A DNA stretch of 64,000 nt from the human T2T-CHM13v2.0 reference genome, Homo sapiens. A program made the position numbers and the translations under genes. The notes beneath the pieces are model-generated. The model was not told the DNA's origin, made no database searches, and worked only from the letters and a program-made list of their open reading frames with translations. The stretch lies in NCBI RefSeq assembly GCF_009914755.1, contig NC_060925.1, one strand, 5' to 3'. This document shows, one piece after another, positions 26,940-41,122 of the stretch (position 1 is the stretch's first letter; each line of letters starts with the position of its first letter).

Positions 26940-29409
26940 CAAAAAAGCAGAGATCCACTCCAAGGTATGGGCAAGAGTTAATGGTATTGTTAGAAGTACT
27001 GAATAGCTAGAGACTTAAACAAGTATTACTGGAGGATTTTTTTCAAAAGAAATTTTGGGGAAAAATAATTTAATGTATCTTTCAGAATAGACACTGAGTG
27101 TGAAGATATTTTTCTCATATATTAACGCTCATTTTTTACTCTGTTACAATGACGATTAATAATCACGTGGAAATCTAATCTACCTCACGGAGTCAGTGAG
27201 CTTCTCCCTCAAATCAACCCAGTATTTACTCAATGGCTTCATGATCAAAGTGGCTATTATATAAGTCTCAAAATCTTAATTTTATGAAAGCCAATTATGG
27301 TATTGTCAATTCTGAATATGATTCTGTCAGCAGTAGAGATCAATGTCTGATCTTCAAAAGAGTGCTATATATCAAAGAAACCAGTTAGTCACTGGACTTA
27401 TCCCCTCAGGGAGTAAGTAACAATAGTTTCTATGCAGAATACAGTAAATATAAATACAAAAAGAATTTCTTGAGCTAAAGTAGGAGGAAAGAAAAGTTTG
27501 ATAATAGATAATCAGTGTTGAACAAAATATTTAATGTCATTTAATTTTTCAAAAAGTATTTAATAAAAATCACTTTTAGGAAGCCAAGATGAGCTATTAC
27601 TTATTCTTATGTTTTACCTTGTTACTTTTATTAAATATTCTTTCTTTGTAAAGAGGAAGAAAAGAATGTGATAATACTTATATTATGCGTTATAGAAAGT
27701 TGTTTGAAATATGTTCAATATATGTCAGGATTGTGACAATATCTAATAGTCTGTATTTTATTGTTATGCAAAATCCAGTCACAGAATTAACAATAAATTA
27801 TAACTTAAAAAGTGCCAAGTAAGAGATCCAACATGTTCCTTTAATGCATTCAAATTTTATCAATACTTTTGTAAGTACCTTCCCTTTGGGGAACAATTCT
27901 CTGTACTAAGGAGGAAGATAGATATAAAACCTTTTACTGAAACATACTCAGAGTCTACTTGGATAAGATAAACAGATAGATAGGCTATTCCAAAATAATG
28001 CAATGTTTGTATGATAGAGGAAAGTTCTGCAAGATTAATGCTTATGCATAAGCTTTTAGCTTTAGATTATTTATCTCTCCACTTTTGCTTTTTCCTCTCC
28101 AAAAAGTAAACTTAAATAAATGCACCACATCCACGCAAAATAATCGTAAATATAAAATAAACATTTCACCAGACATACCAACTAGAGCATATAAACCATG
28201 AATGATTACAAGAGTCAGCTGGAACCTCAAGGGTAGAACACTAGTGTAATCTATCAATAAAAAAACTCTTACCTACAAGGTTAATCATTGTAGGTGTGGG
28301 ATGCTGCTACCTAAGTTGAAATAAGTACCCTCCCTCTGAAAAAAGGAAGGACTCTTGTGATTCTGATATTTCTAGTCCCATCAATGCAGTGGACTGATAG
28401 CTAATTTGACAGAAACAAACAAACAAAAGACATAATTAAATATATTATGCTTATAGAAAATTTGGGGTTGCTTATAATTCACCTGTACTTTACAAATGTT
28501 ATCCACATTTAGGTTTTTTGATATCATGAAGCGGTGGCTCTTTCATTTTTGCATACACTTACTTAAAAACAGATAAAGAAATTCCATGTGGGCACTTTAT
28601 AAGTTCATCCTTTACTTGATTCATCTTTTACTTTTTCATTACTAAAATTAAAAAGGAAATGAATACAATATAAATTTCTGGTAACAAAATAGCTACATGT
28701 AAATTAATAAATATTTTAACTGTGAATGCGTCTTAGTGCCATAAATTATTATATTCTTGGTTCAGGCAAACATGATAGAAGAGTTTTCTTTTGCATCTAA
28801 GAAAAGTCATCAAGTTGCATTTTTGAATGATACAATGTTGACATTTAGAACTTTTATTTCAAACACTGTGCAAAACAATCTTAGTAAAATAATGCTAATT
28901 TGTTATTCATAGTCAAAATTATTTAGAAAAGGTTCAAATAGAAATGGAAGAATGATGTTACACTGTTAAGTTATGTACATTCTTTTTAATTCTATGACTA
29001 TTTCATACAGAAAAATCGCTTCATGGGTATACACAAGTAAAGCCAAACAGCACAAACTTTTTTAGTTTATTTTAGTATTTTCATGGAATCTACAATCACG
29101 TTGATATGTTAGAAATTGTGCTGCAGAGGGTGCCATTTTGCTCAGTGTTTTTTGAAAGTTTATCTAGGTGTAGGATACTCTTCTAATTTATTTATAATTT
29201 TGACTATTTGGAGCCAAATTACTTTGGATAAATGATGTAATATAATATATATATAAAAGAGTTAAAATGTCTATCTGCTTGAATTTTTATATCTTCATTA
29301 AGTGTTAATATTTCCAAAAAGTCATACACACATAGTATATTTACACAATATTAACCCATGAATTTACTTATTTTTTCTACTTTTTAATGTAATTGAGATG
29401 TTACTCACC

Positions 29410-29714
29410 TTTTTTTTTTTCTTTTTTTTTTTTGAGACAGAGTCTTGCTCTTGTCATCCAGGCTGGAGTGCAATGGCAAGATGTCGGCTCACTACCACCT
29501 CTGCCTCCTGGGTTCAAGTGATTCTCTTGTCTCAGCCTCCCGAGTAGCTGAGATTACAGGCACCAGCCACCATGCCTGGTTAATTTTTGTATTTTTAGTG
29601 GAGATGGGGTTTCGCCATGTTGGCCAGGCTGGTCTCGAACTCCTGACCTCCTGATCTGCTCTTCTTGGCCTCCCAAAGTGCTCGGAATACAGGCATGAGC
29701 CACTGTGTCTGGCC
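29410..29714 (-). mobile_element. AluS (Sx/Sq-like)
   Basis: Full Alu with TSD TGTTACTCAC (29399-29408, 29716-29725). Confidence 0.97.
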
Positions 29715-30179
29715 CTGTTACTCACTTTTTAAAACATTTTAAATTCTTTAGTTTTTCTCTTTTGATTTGTTTGATCATTTTTGACTTGATTTTGAAGCTC
29801 TTGGATCTTTGACTTTCCAATTATTAAAATAATTATTTTCTAATTTATTTTAATTGATTCCTTTAGCTATATTTGTATTAAAGTCTCTATAAATTATAAT
29901 TATTTAATTACCTAAAATCAAGTCTTTTAATTTTAATAATTTTTATCTAAAGGTAGTATGATTTTATATATTACAAGTTTACTTGTGATAAACATCACTC
30001 AAAGTTAAAACATGTCTACCATTTTAGCTCTAATATTCATTAATATCAGTATAGTTATATTTTGGAACTACTACAGTATATAATTATATTATTAAATTTT
30101 TAATGAACTTTTTTCCTATCAATACATATAAATTGCTTTGGCTCATTCTACTGAGTAGCTACAAGACCAGAATTTCAAT

Positions 30180-30900
30180 AATCATTAGGATGTTGCTAGT
30201 AAGAGTGATACCAATTTTTAACTTAGGTGTGTTCTAGACACCAGGAAGTCTGAATGAATGAACAGTTTTCCAATGTGTTTACACCAATTTTGACTCTCAT
30301 AATGGTGAATGTTTCATCTGTTCTACATCTTCACAACTAATGATGCCACTTGCCTTTCTGTTACAGCCTTTTTGGTGGTTGTATAGTGGTAAAATATTTT
30401 GGAATTAATTTGAATTCCCCTCATGACTAATGAAGTTAAACACATTTCAGTATGTTAATTGAACATATGGATACCCTCTTCTAGGTGCCTGTTCAGTTAT
30501 TTGCCTATTTTTCTATTGAATTTCTTGTGTTTTTTATGGAATTATATTTGATGTCAAATAATCCTAAATAGTGTTTTTTCAGATGTATTTATCACAATTA
30601 TCTTTTTCCACTTTGTAACTCTGATTTGCACAGAATCTTAAATATACTTGAAATTATATGCATACATGCATATAAACATACATTCTCTGTATGTATAAGA
30701 TGTTATATATAATTGTATATAAATATATTAGTTTTTATTTGTGTGTATATGTGAGAGAGAAATTTCTTTGCTTTCCTCCAATGAACTAGATATTTTCTTT
30801 CATTTTTCTTTTATAAAACATTTACAGCTGAATCTTTGTCCACCTGTAATTGATTTTCTATGTACATTGTGAGGTAGGGGTCAAGATACATTGTTTTCAT
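30180..30900 (-). mobile_element. Old L1M fragment, left of nested LTRs
   Basis: GTTTTCCAATGTGTTTACACCAATTTT, TTAATTTGAATTCCCCTCATGACTAATGAAGTT, GTGAGGTAGGGGTCAAGAT. Confidence 0.75.
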
Positions 30901-30901
30901 A

Positions 30902-32078
30902 TGTTTAAGGACCTTCACTCAAAATTTGATTTGGATATCAAAACTGATGACACCACGCATGCACTAAGAGGGTATGAACAGATTTATCACATATATAACC
31001 AAGACTATGGGTAGAACTGGTTTACCCCCCATCCACTAACTGATCCAAAAATGACTTTGGTAAGCAGAGAATAGAGATGGGCTCCAGGTTTTCACTGTGG
31101 ATAGGTAGTGGGGCTGAGGTGAGGGCTTCCATATGTAGGTAGGGTCTTGCATGATTTGAATCCCCTCCTTTTCCAATCAGAGGAAGCACTCAGGTTTTGT
31201 TTTTTTTTTTAATCAACTTGCCCTTACGTGAGGTACATGCAAAGGAGGAATGGGGGGAGGCTTTTTTGTATAATAAATTATTTGCATAGTCATTTTTCCT
31301 GGGTTCCTGGGATGAAGCTTCTATGCTCTTGGAATCTCCCCAGTGATAAGAGTATCTTTATTAATCATGGTGGGGACTTCCTGATTTTATGGTAATGAGG
31401 CCATTTATGGTAGGCCCATAAATAATCTCTGGATGGGGATGCCATTAGGAAAAGACCAACCATGTAATTAAACGGTGGCCTCTAAGCCAGATCATAGAAA
31501 CACAACATTTAGGGAGGGGAGGTTGGCTAGATATTGAGTTCAGCTACACAGCCAATCATTCCCACTAATGAAACTCCAACAAAAACTGTGGACTCGGAAT
31601 TTGGATGACATGATTGGTTGATGAGCACATGGTGATGTACCAGTAGGGTGATATGTTATGATTACATGAGAAAAGAACAGGGAAGCTCCACTTTCAAAAC
31701 CCTCCTAGACCTTACCTTATTTGTCTCTTCATTTGGCTGGTCATAATTTCTATCCTTTATTATAATACATAACTGTAAAAATAAGTATTAGCATTGTTCT
31801 GAGTTCTGTGAGTTGTTCTAGTGAATTATCAAACCCATGTGCATTATGGAAAACTCTGAATTTTTATCCACTTAGTAAGAAGTGCCTGTGGTCTGGAGCT
31901 CCCTAAAGTGATAGCTGTCATTTGGAGTGAAGGCAGTGTTGTTGGGGAATGTGCCTTTAAACTTGTGGAATGTGCAGCAACTCTAGGTGGTTAACATGAA
32001 GAATCACATTGCAATATTGTAACTTTAAAATCTGTAATTAGTTAAGTATCAAATAATAAAGTCAAACTCTTCATTATA
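30902..32078 (-). mobile_element. ERVL LTR (LTR47-like), interrupted by MER21
   Basis: CAAAACTGATGACACCAC..AAGAGGGTATGAA at left; resumes after the insert with AAAGTCAAACTCTTCATTATA terminus. Confidence 0.6.
31267..32022 (+). mobile_element. MER21C-like LTR nested in the LTR47-like element
   Basis: GGAATCTCCCCAGTGATAAGAGT, AAAGACCAACCATGTAATTA, CTGAGTTCTGTGAGTTGTTCTAGTGAATTATCAAACC. Confidence 0.8.
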
Positions 32079-32830
32079 AATATGAATATTCAATTGACCC
32101 ACCACTGTTTATTGAAAAGATTGTCATTTGCACATGACAGAGCAATGTGACCTTTGCCATAATTTAGGTCATCATACATATATGATCTGTTTCTACACAA
32201 CCAGGTGTCTCATATTTGTATCTCTTTTCCTATACCGCAAACAATCTTAATTACCATAGCTTTGTATGATACCTGTTAGTCTAAGTCACCATATTCTTTA
32301 TTTCTTCCAAATTTGACTTTGCTAAGCTGGTAATTTGTATTTCAATATGTTTTTAAATCAGTTTATCATTATCCCCAAAAATAAGACTGGGATAATGGTT
32401 AAGGGTTCATTGAATCTGTAGATTAGTTTAAGGCTAACTTATATGCTACAGTACTGATACCTCCTTCAGTGAACATGGTATAAACTTAATTTATAGTATT
32501 CAGTACTTATTTATGTCTGCCTATAACATTTTTTATATTTTAATATAGCTATGTTGCACATATTTATTTATATTCATTCCTAATATTTGCTATAAGTTTG
32601 GCATCATGAGGTGACATAATTTTGAAATTTAATTATCTATTGGTTTGTTGGTGATATGGACATGATTCCACTGTGGTCTATAAAATACTCTCAACATTAT
32701 CAAACTTCGAATTTTTTTCTGATTTATTTCATAACCCAATACATGGTCTTTTTTTGGTGAAGTTTTCAAGTATGAAAAATAGTGTGTATTGTTAGGTAAA
32801 AATGTTCTCCATTTCATGGTAATATAATCA
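32079..32830 (-). mobile_element. Old L1M fragment, continuation after nested LTRs
   Basis: CACCACTGTTTATTGAAAAGA, CATTGAATCTGTAGATTAGTTT. Confidence 0.75.
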
Positions 32831-32962
32831 TTTAAAAACCCTATAATTACACCACTTCATTTTCAGATTTTTTAAAAGGCCCTATCTAAATGCTTAGATT
32901 TTTAAGGAGTTTTTTTCACATTCTTAGATTTAGATTATTGTTAATTTTCTCCTTGTAGAATG

Positions 32963-33316
32963 TCATGGACATAGAGAGTAGAAGGATGATTATCAGAGGC
33001 TGGGAAGGTTTGTGGGGGATTTGGGGGAAAGTGGAGATGGTTATTGGGTACAAAAAATATTTAGGAATGGTGAATAAGAACTCCTATTTGATAGCACAAC
33101 ATGGTGACTATAGTCAATAGCATTTAGTTCTATATTTTAAAATAACTAAAACAGTACAATTGGATTGTTTGTAATGCAAAGGATAAATGCTTGAATTGAA
33201 GGATACCTCATTTACCCCAATGTGATTATTATGCATTATATGCCTGTATCAAAATATCTTATGTATTCCATAAATATATACACTATGCACCCACAAATTT
33301 AAACATTAAAAAAATT
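32963..33316 (+). mobile_element. L1MA (L1MA1-3-like) 3' end
   Basis: CATGGACATAGAGAGTAGAAGGATG..CAGAGGCTGGGAAGG...TATTTGATAGCACAACA..GTGACTATAGTCAATA...A-rich end. Confidence 0.9.
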
Positions 33317-34593
33317 ATCAAGTAAATAGAATATACTGTTTAAAAATGTCATTTGTATTTCAAGAATATCAATTTATTTTTAAAATTTTTATTTTAAATT
33401 TTCAGATACTTCATAATCATCCATCAATATTTACATATTTATTTATATTATACAATATAGCAATTTAAATTTATAATACATATTTATTTATATAAATAGA
33501 AAATGTACATAGTGGTTTACTTATTAGTTTTTCTCTTCTCCATGCTTGCCCTCAGCAAAGCTTAGACATATATGTTTAAAATATGTTGTGAAATTCATTT
33601 TACTTAATTTGTACGTTGATATTTATGTAATGCTTGAATGCTTTCATTGAATTCTTTTCTTGGATACTTTCTTTAAATGGGGTAAACAAATGATTATGTT
33701 CTGAATTTTTTTTTTTTGTATCTGTAAATGTGCCTCATTTTTAATGTTATGTGTGTGAACGACAGTTCGGCTAAGAAAAGACTTCCAGGCTGTGGGTCTT
33801 CAGAGGTTTGCAGGTGCAAATTCCCTCTCTCCTAAAATCTACTACGGCAGATAAGAAATGTAGCAGGGTGATTTTTAATCATTTGTGAGTCATTTGTCCT
33901 CACTCTCTTGAGCTTATTATCTCAGCTCAGAGATATTATGAGGGTAAACCCATATTATTATAATAGCCTTACTATTGTTTCTGCCTGCATTTGAATGGTG
34001 GGAACCTTTCAATATAAAGAATAAAGTTACATATTTTATTTTAAATTAACTTTACTTGAAATATTATGGGTATCCACAGGATAGACAAAATGATTTAATG
34101 TACAATCATAAGCTCAAGTCTTAAGCCTCAAAACAGCTTTGCTACCATTCAGTCTTCAGAACTGGTCAAGCTGTTGTGTGAGATTGAAAAATATATACAT
34201 ATTTTTTTCTGCTTGATGTCCACGAAAAAGTAAGAGTAAATCCTGTTTCTTACTGATTTGAATTGACAGCACTGATTCAGTGGTTTAAAATGACATATTC
34301 ATCCTTTTAAGGGGCAAGATTTCTTATAAAGCCTATGTCAGGACTGACTACACAAAAAGGCTTTGGTTTACTCACACCATAATGTAAAATGTTGGAAAAG
34401 GGGAAGTTAATAAATACTTACAAAAGCATTTTACGTTGAGCTGTGTTAAAATGAACTCAATGTGGTTGTTTTCAATAGGAAGCCCACTAATCGTTATTGT
34501 GTAAAGCACAACTCCTCTAAGAAGGAAATATTCATTAGAAGGTAAATTTTATCTCAATTAGCTGAGTGGTTGTTTGATGACCCAATCAATAAA

Positions 34594-34795
34594 TTCAAAT
34601 ATCTCACTCAAATCAATTAAAATATAATTTGTGCACTGCTGAATACATGCATTTCTGGTGCATTTGCTTAATTTAAAGGAGCATGCCATTCCATAAAGAT
34701 CAAAGTATTATTAAAATATCATTGCTTTCATGGAAAGAACTGACATATATATTGTTTATTGTATCCTAAAAAAGTAAATAAAGGATTCTATACCT
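34594..34795 (+). repeat. Copy 1 of a 202-bp local direct duplication
   Basis: Ungapped alignment to 37206-37407 with 10 mismatches. Confidence 0.95.
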
Positions 34796-36473
34796 GACAG
34801 AAACATAAACCTGTATTTTCAGGAGCTCTATACCACTCCCCTCTCTCTTTCCCTAGTTGGATGTGATGCTATGAGAGCATTTTGGAAGAATATTTAACTA
34901 AGCTCATCAGGAAGCACTTCAAAGAAGTGCTTTTAAATGTTCAAATATAAATGTACTTTGATGACCTTCCTTTTATTGAGCCTACTATTAAAATGCTTTC
35001 CTAATACTTCCTTTCCCCCAAAGCCTTGGACAGTTAATCATATGACCTCTTTGAATAACCTTTGATCCTACAAGCTGATTAAAACCAAATTTGAAAAGAA
35101 TATACAAGATATTGAGGCAAGTTGACCTTGGCAAAACTATAAACTAAATAAATACAGCCATCAATATCCCCTCATGAGAATGTGATTTTCTGTTTTAACT
35201 TAGTGATTTTGCAGTTATCACTTGATGGTGTCCCTCACTTCTTTGAGTGTTCTGCAACCCTATTGTAGCTTTCTATAAAGGTTGCCTATCTCAGACAACG
35301 TAAACTATGTAAAGACACAGAACCTTTAGGAAATCCATAATTAAATTCTCACTTCACCCACGGTATATTAGTGGGATTACCGTAAGCTATTCACTGTTTG
35401 AACTTGAATTCATGCATGTGGAACATTAGAAAAAAAATTGTGATGCCATATAGAATTTAAATGAAATAAACTGATGATATATATGTTTTTTCTTTGTATA
35501 CAACCTGCTATAAATTAGTATATTATTATGTTTAAGATCATGCCTTTTTTTCATTGAAGCCACTAATGATTCCTTTAATATACCACTTTTTGCTTTGTTT
35601 TGTTTCATATTCTGTGAATAACTCAGTTTGATAAACACATAAACTAACCTGAGGTAAAAGTCTTCCAGTTGATAGTAAACTTGTTTACTGCACACCGGAA
35701 TGTCTAGTTAGGCAACATACTTAAGAAAATGAGCAAACTTAGAGTTATATGGATAACTATGGCAATACTAATTCAAGTACTGTCAAAAGCTTTTCTTTGG
35801 AATCATCTTAGAAAAAAATATCAAAATATTTCTCTATTCTGTTCCTAAGGGAAAATAATGTAAAATCTCATTGATTTTGATGTTTTTGGATGACTAAGGG
35901 TACTTTTTTGTGGCAATTTGAATAGTTACAACAAAATGTAATACTCATAAAGCAATATTAACATATCCAAATAATTTCTTGGCAATGTCTATTCTGTATT
36001 CTAATAAATAGTGTGTATGCCAAGCAGTGGCCAGCTAAGTTGCAAAACTCCTATGGTACAATTCACAAGTTCCAACTGTGGAAGTCTTTTTTGGAAAGAG
36101 TGATTTGTGATTGAGTTGTGATGGTATTATGAGTATGACATGGTTGTGTTTTTCAACTGTGGACCCTTTGCTCAGTTTCAGTGTCATGAGAATACTTTGT
36201 TTACAGTTTTGGTTAGCCCTAAAAATTATAGCAATATTCATAGTAATATTGTTTGATTTATAATTTCCTAAGAAGACAAAACATAATTTTAATATAAATA
36301 AATAAATAAGAAATATGCACATAAAAATCTCAACCACTGAGCTATTTTTTTCCCATGGAAAATGTAAATATATAATGTAGTTGAAGCAAAGGGAATAACC
36401 AAACTGAGCAGTGTAAAAGTGAAATTTCAAAAAAAGTATATTTCTAAAATTTACAATCCATAAAAAAGAAGTA

Positions 36474-36796
36474 TAGGTTGAACATCTCTAATTCAAAAAT
36501 CCAAAATTGAAAGGCTTCAAAAAGTGAAACTTTTTTAATACACACATGAAGCCACAAGTAGAAATTCCATACCTGACTTCATGTGATGGCTTTCTGTCAA
36601 AATGTGTCCAAACTTCATTTCATGCACAAAATTAGCTTTAGGCTACATATGCATATATAACATAAATTTTATATTTAGGCTTGGATCCCATCTCCAAGGT
36701 ATCACTTTATTATGTGCAAATATTCATACATTCAAAAACATCAAAATCTGAAACAACTTATCTTCCTAAGCATTTTGGATAAGGGATACTCAATAT
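36474..36796. mobile_element. Tigger4/MER46 (Zombi) TcMar DNA transposon
   Basis: Terminal inverted repeats AGGTTGAACATCTCTAATTCAAAA ... TTTTGGATAAGGGATACTCAA, with TA flanks. Confidence 0.85.
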
Positions 36797-36883
36797 ATAA
36801 GGATTATTCGATAGTGGGAAGACTCTTCTATGTACAATCTAAATAATGACTTAGATATAAGCATTTTGTTTTACTAACTTAAA

Positions 36884-37197
36884 GGCAGGGCATAGTGGCT
36901 CATACCTATAATTCCAGCACTTTGGGAGGCTGAGATCAGTGGAGTGCTTGAGTTCAGGTGTACGAGACTATCCTGGGCAACATAGCAAGACCCCACCTCT
37001 ACAGAAAAAGGTTTTAAAAAGTTAGCTGGGTCAGTGGCATGCACCCATAGTCCCAGCTACTTGGGAGGCTGAGGTGAGAGGATCAATTGAGCCTGAGAAG
37101 TCGAGGCTGCAGTGAGCTGTGATCAGACTACTGCACTTCAGCCTGGGTGACAGAATGAATCCTGTCTCAAAATAAATATAAAATAAATAACAATAAT
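36884..37197 (+). mobile_element. AluJ
   Basis: Diagnostic GAGGCTGCAGTGAGCTGTGATC and GGGCAACATAGCAAGACCCC; decayed A-tail. Confidence 0.93.
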
Positions 37198-37205
37198 GTA
37201 AATAC

Positions 37206-37407
37206 TTCAAATATCTCACTCTAATCAATTAAAATATAATTTGTGCACTGCTTAATACATGCATTTCTGATGCATTTTCTTAATTTAAAGGACCATGTCA
37301 TTCCATAAAGATCAAAGTATTATTAAAATATCATTGCTTTCATGGAAAGAACTGACATATATACTTTTTAATGTATCCTAAAAAAGTAAATAAAGGATTC
37401 TAAACCT
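37206..37407 (+). repeat. Copy 2 of the 202-bp local direct duplication
   Basis: ~95% identical to 34594-34795; abuts the AluJ tail. Confidence 0.95.
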
Positions 37408-39213
37408 AGCTAGAGTTCATGTTTAGTTAAGTATTATTTGATATAAAACTTACTTTCCTATCAGTTAATTGAAAGTATGCATTGTGCATATACCTCTTTA
37501 TCAGCCTTTTAAAATCTTCCCATTATAGAACATTATACTGTTTCTGTATGGAAATCTGTGACATTATATAAAGTAAAATGTTTCAGTATAACTGAGTGTT
37601 ATGGCTAAACTCTAAAATTTCTAAAATTTGACAAAAATAAAAAGCTTATTGAAAACTTAAGTGTTAATCATGCCTTATTTTCAGATATTTTTCCGGAAAT
37701 AGTTCACTTTATATTATATTTAAGAATGAAGAAGACAGCTTGATGTATACTACTTCTGTAAGTTGTAAATCATTTTAATAAACAAAGAGAAATAATAGTT
37801 TATTTTCTACATTTTATAAAAAGGTATTAGAAAAAAATGGCAATGGTTTCTTTGCAGGGGTAGGGGGATGGTGCAGAGGATGCTATTTTTTTTTTTTTTT
37901 TTGAGAGCACTGTAAAGGCCCTAGGCAAATACTTCAATTAATACCAATTCCATCTATCATTTGAGTTCCCCCAAACTCAATTATCCACTTGAATGGTTCC
38001 AAACTTCCAGAATAAACCTTTGAACAACACAGTGGAATTATCAAAAGTGAAAAAACCAAATTGATGCCTTGTCCCCAAAACACGGTTATTAATTTTGGTA
38101 TCACAGCCTTCATGAAAACAATTAATGCATTTTTCTTCATGTAAATTATGCAATAATGTGGTTACAGCCTTGAAATATATTTAACCATATAGATTGTTAA
38201 CTCATATTTATTGGATGTTTTCAATCTTTGAATAACATTTAGAATAATTCTTACTTAACAACAAATGGTTAGGCAATAATGAAATTAATTATATTACTAT
38301 AAATAATTTTCACTAATAGTCATTGAATTTTCACTTACAGCCACTGATTTCATTAGAAAGTTTGCTGTAACATAATGTAAATTGTGTAAATATTTCTAAT
38401 AAAAAATTATCCATTAACTTCTAATTTATGATGGTTAACAGAAAAGCTAAATTATCAGAACATAATTTTTATCCCATTTCTAATACCTCTAAAAATAAGC
38501 TCCTTGCTTAAAATGTTTAAGGTTGGTTTACTTACTCAAAAAAGAGATTTGTTGGAAGGGTTAAATGAATTTACATCTGCAAAAAAGCTTAACATAGCAT
38601 GTTGTACATAGTCAATATTTAATAACTTAAGGACATATTGGTGTACCCTAGTTACAAAAACTTTTTCCTGTCTAAACACATAAAGAAGTTATTGAAGGCA
38701 TTTTTTTTCATTTTGTCAGCATACAAGTATTTTATTTTTCTAAAATCCTGGTTAATTGATCGTACATTTTTGTTTCATATTAGAGTTGTATTTCACATCA
38801 ATGCAGTAAGTATAATTGCTTCAATTTATATAAACTCAAATGTTTGAAAGATAAAATATAATGTAAATATTTAAAAACTATTAACATTTCTAATTCTGAA
38901 ATAATGATGGGAAGCGATAATTCCCTAACGTTGATCAGTTAAGATTTTCACATTCTTGATCATTTTATATAAAATATAATCAAGTCAAATTATTTTTGTC
39001 ATAAAGCAAACCTACCTTTTAGACCTAAAAAAATTAAACAAGAAAAAGTTGTTTTGTATAACATATATCTGTTCCTGTTCAATAAGTTACTCAAATATGA
39101 AAGATTGTTTATTATTTTTGGGTGTCCTTAGGGACTTTAAAGACAAAAATTTCTTCTTACCAACTCCAGGAAGTCAAGGAGCAAACAGAAAGTATATTTT
39201 TCTTTGGTTCATC

Positions 39214-39290
39214 TTCCTTCCTCCCTCCCTCCCTCCCTCCCTTCCTTCCTTCCTTCCTTCCTTCTTGACTGCCTGCCTGCCTGCCTTTCT
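39214..39290. repeat. (CCTT)n/(CCCT)n/(CCTG)n compound tetranucleotide repeat
   Basis: Visible. Confidence 0.9.
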
Positions 39291-39755
39291 TTACTAATGT
39301 AATGGGGTTAATTTTTAGGGATTTACTCAGCCAATATCCTCTTATTCATAAGTTCCTGGAAAACAAAAACTAAGCAAAAACTAATAAAACATCAGGTGCC
39401 CAAAAGGGAAGATGCAATCCCAATCAGAACAGCAAGCACTGTGTTGAAAACAGAAGCCACATATGGTTTTAGAATTACCTACGTTTCTCTTCTGAATGTT
39501 AAACAACTGAGGACAGAGCAACAATTTTCTGTAATCAGGGAGTAATTCCTGATCAATCAATTATTGAATGAATTATAAGATATTAAGTAGGATTATACAT
39601 CAACTAACAGTGTAATAAGAAAGGATAAGTACCTGGCACATCACAAGAGAAAAAAAAAGATTTAGAAAGAACAGGTCCTAAAGTACACAACCTGTCAAAT
39701 GGTTTTGTGAAATACCTAGTGAGAATGGGGCATAGCCCAGGGTTCAACCTGTAAG

Positions 39756-40514
<759 letters not shown>

Positions 40515-40803
40515 ATATATGTGCAAGTAGAAACATTTACGCACATTTGCTGTTCACATAACTGTAAAAAACTGGATATTTTCTAAATGTAACCAGTGTT
40601 TAGGTTTTAAATAAAACTAAGCATAAAATTATTTAATAGGTTATTTATATAAAAGCATGAGAGTCACTGATTTGGAAAATAAGTGTCATAGCCCCCCCCC
40701 CCCCAAAAAAAAGAAAAGAAAAATAAGTGTTTTGTCTCATCTTTAGGCTAAGTGCCCTAAAGATCTTATGGAAATATAAATATCTATAGAAAATGAAAAA
40801 GAA

Positions 40804-41122
<319 letters not shown>

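Larger units (their letters stand above)
24130..27430 (+). mobile_element. Ancient ERVL-type provirus remnant (LTR 3' end near 24243, then pro-pol internal), split by an L1
   Basis: Decayed homology to the HERV-L at 48-50 kb: WPF..FQG.LD.GS-like protease region (~24540-24620), HQKQFAF (26040), CQQ.R integrase region (~27325). Confidence 0.7.

Noticed and set aside
34912-34932. Hairpin AAGCACTTC-AAA-GAAGTGCTT followed by T's, resembling a terminator
   Set aside because: Bacterial-type intrinsic terminators are irrelevant in this genome, and a 9-bp stem is plausible by chance.
36035-36430. 131-aa minus-strand ORF in non-repeat DNA
   Set aside because: Begins at a non-ATG codon, has AT-driven F/I/L/K composition and no recognisable domain.
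36884-37407. Alu-mediated 3' transduction as the origin of the 202-bp duplicate
   Set aside because: No second poly(A) or TSD, no Alu before copy 1, and the duplicates are far less diverged than an AluJ-age event would predict.
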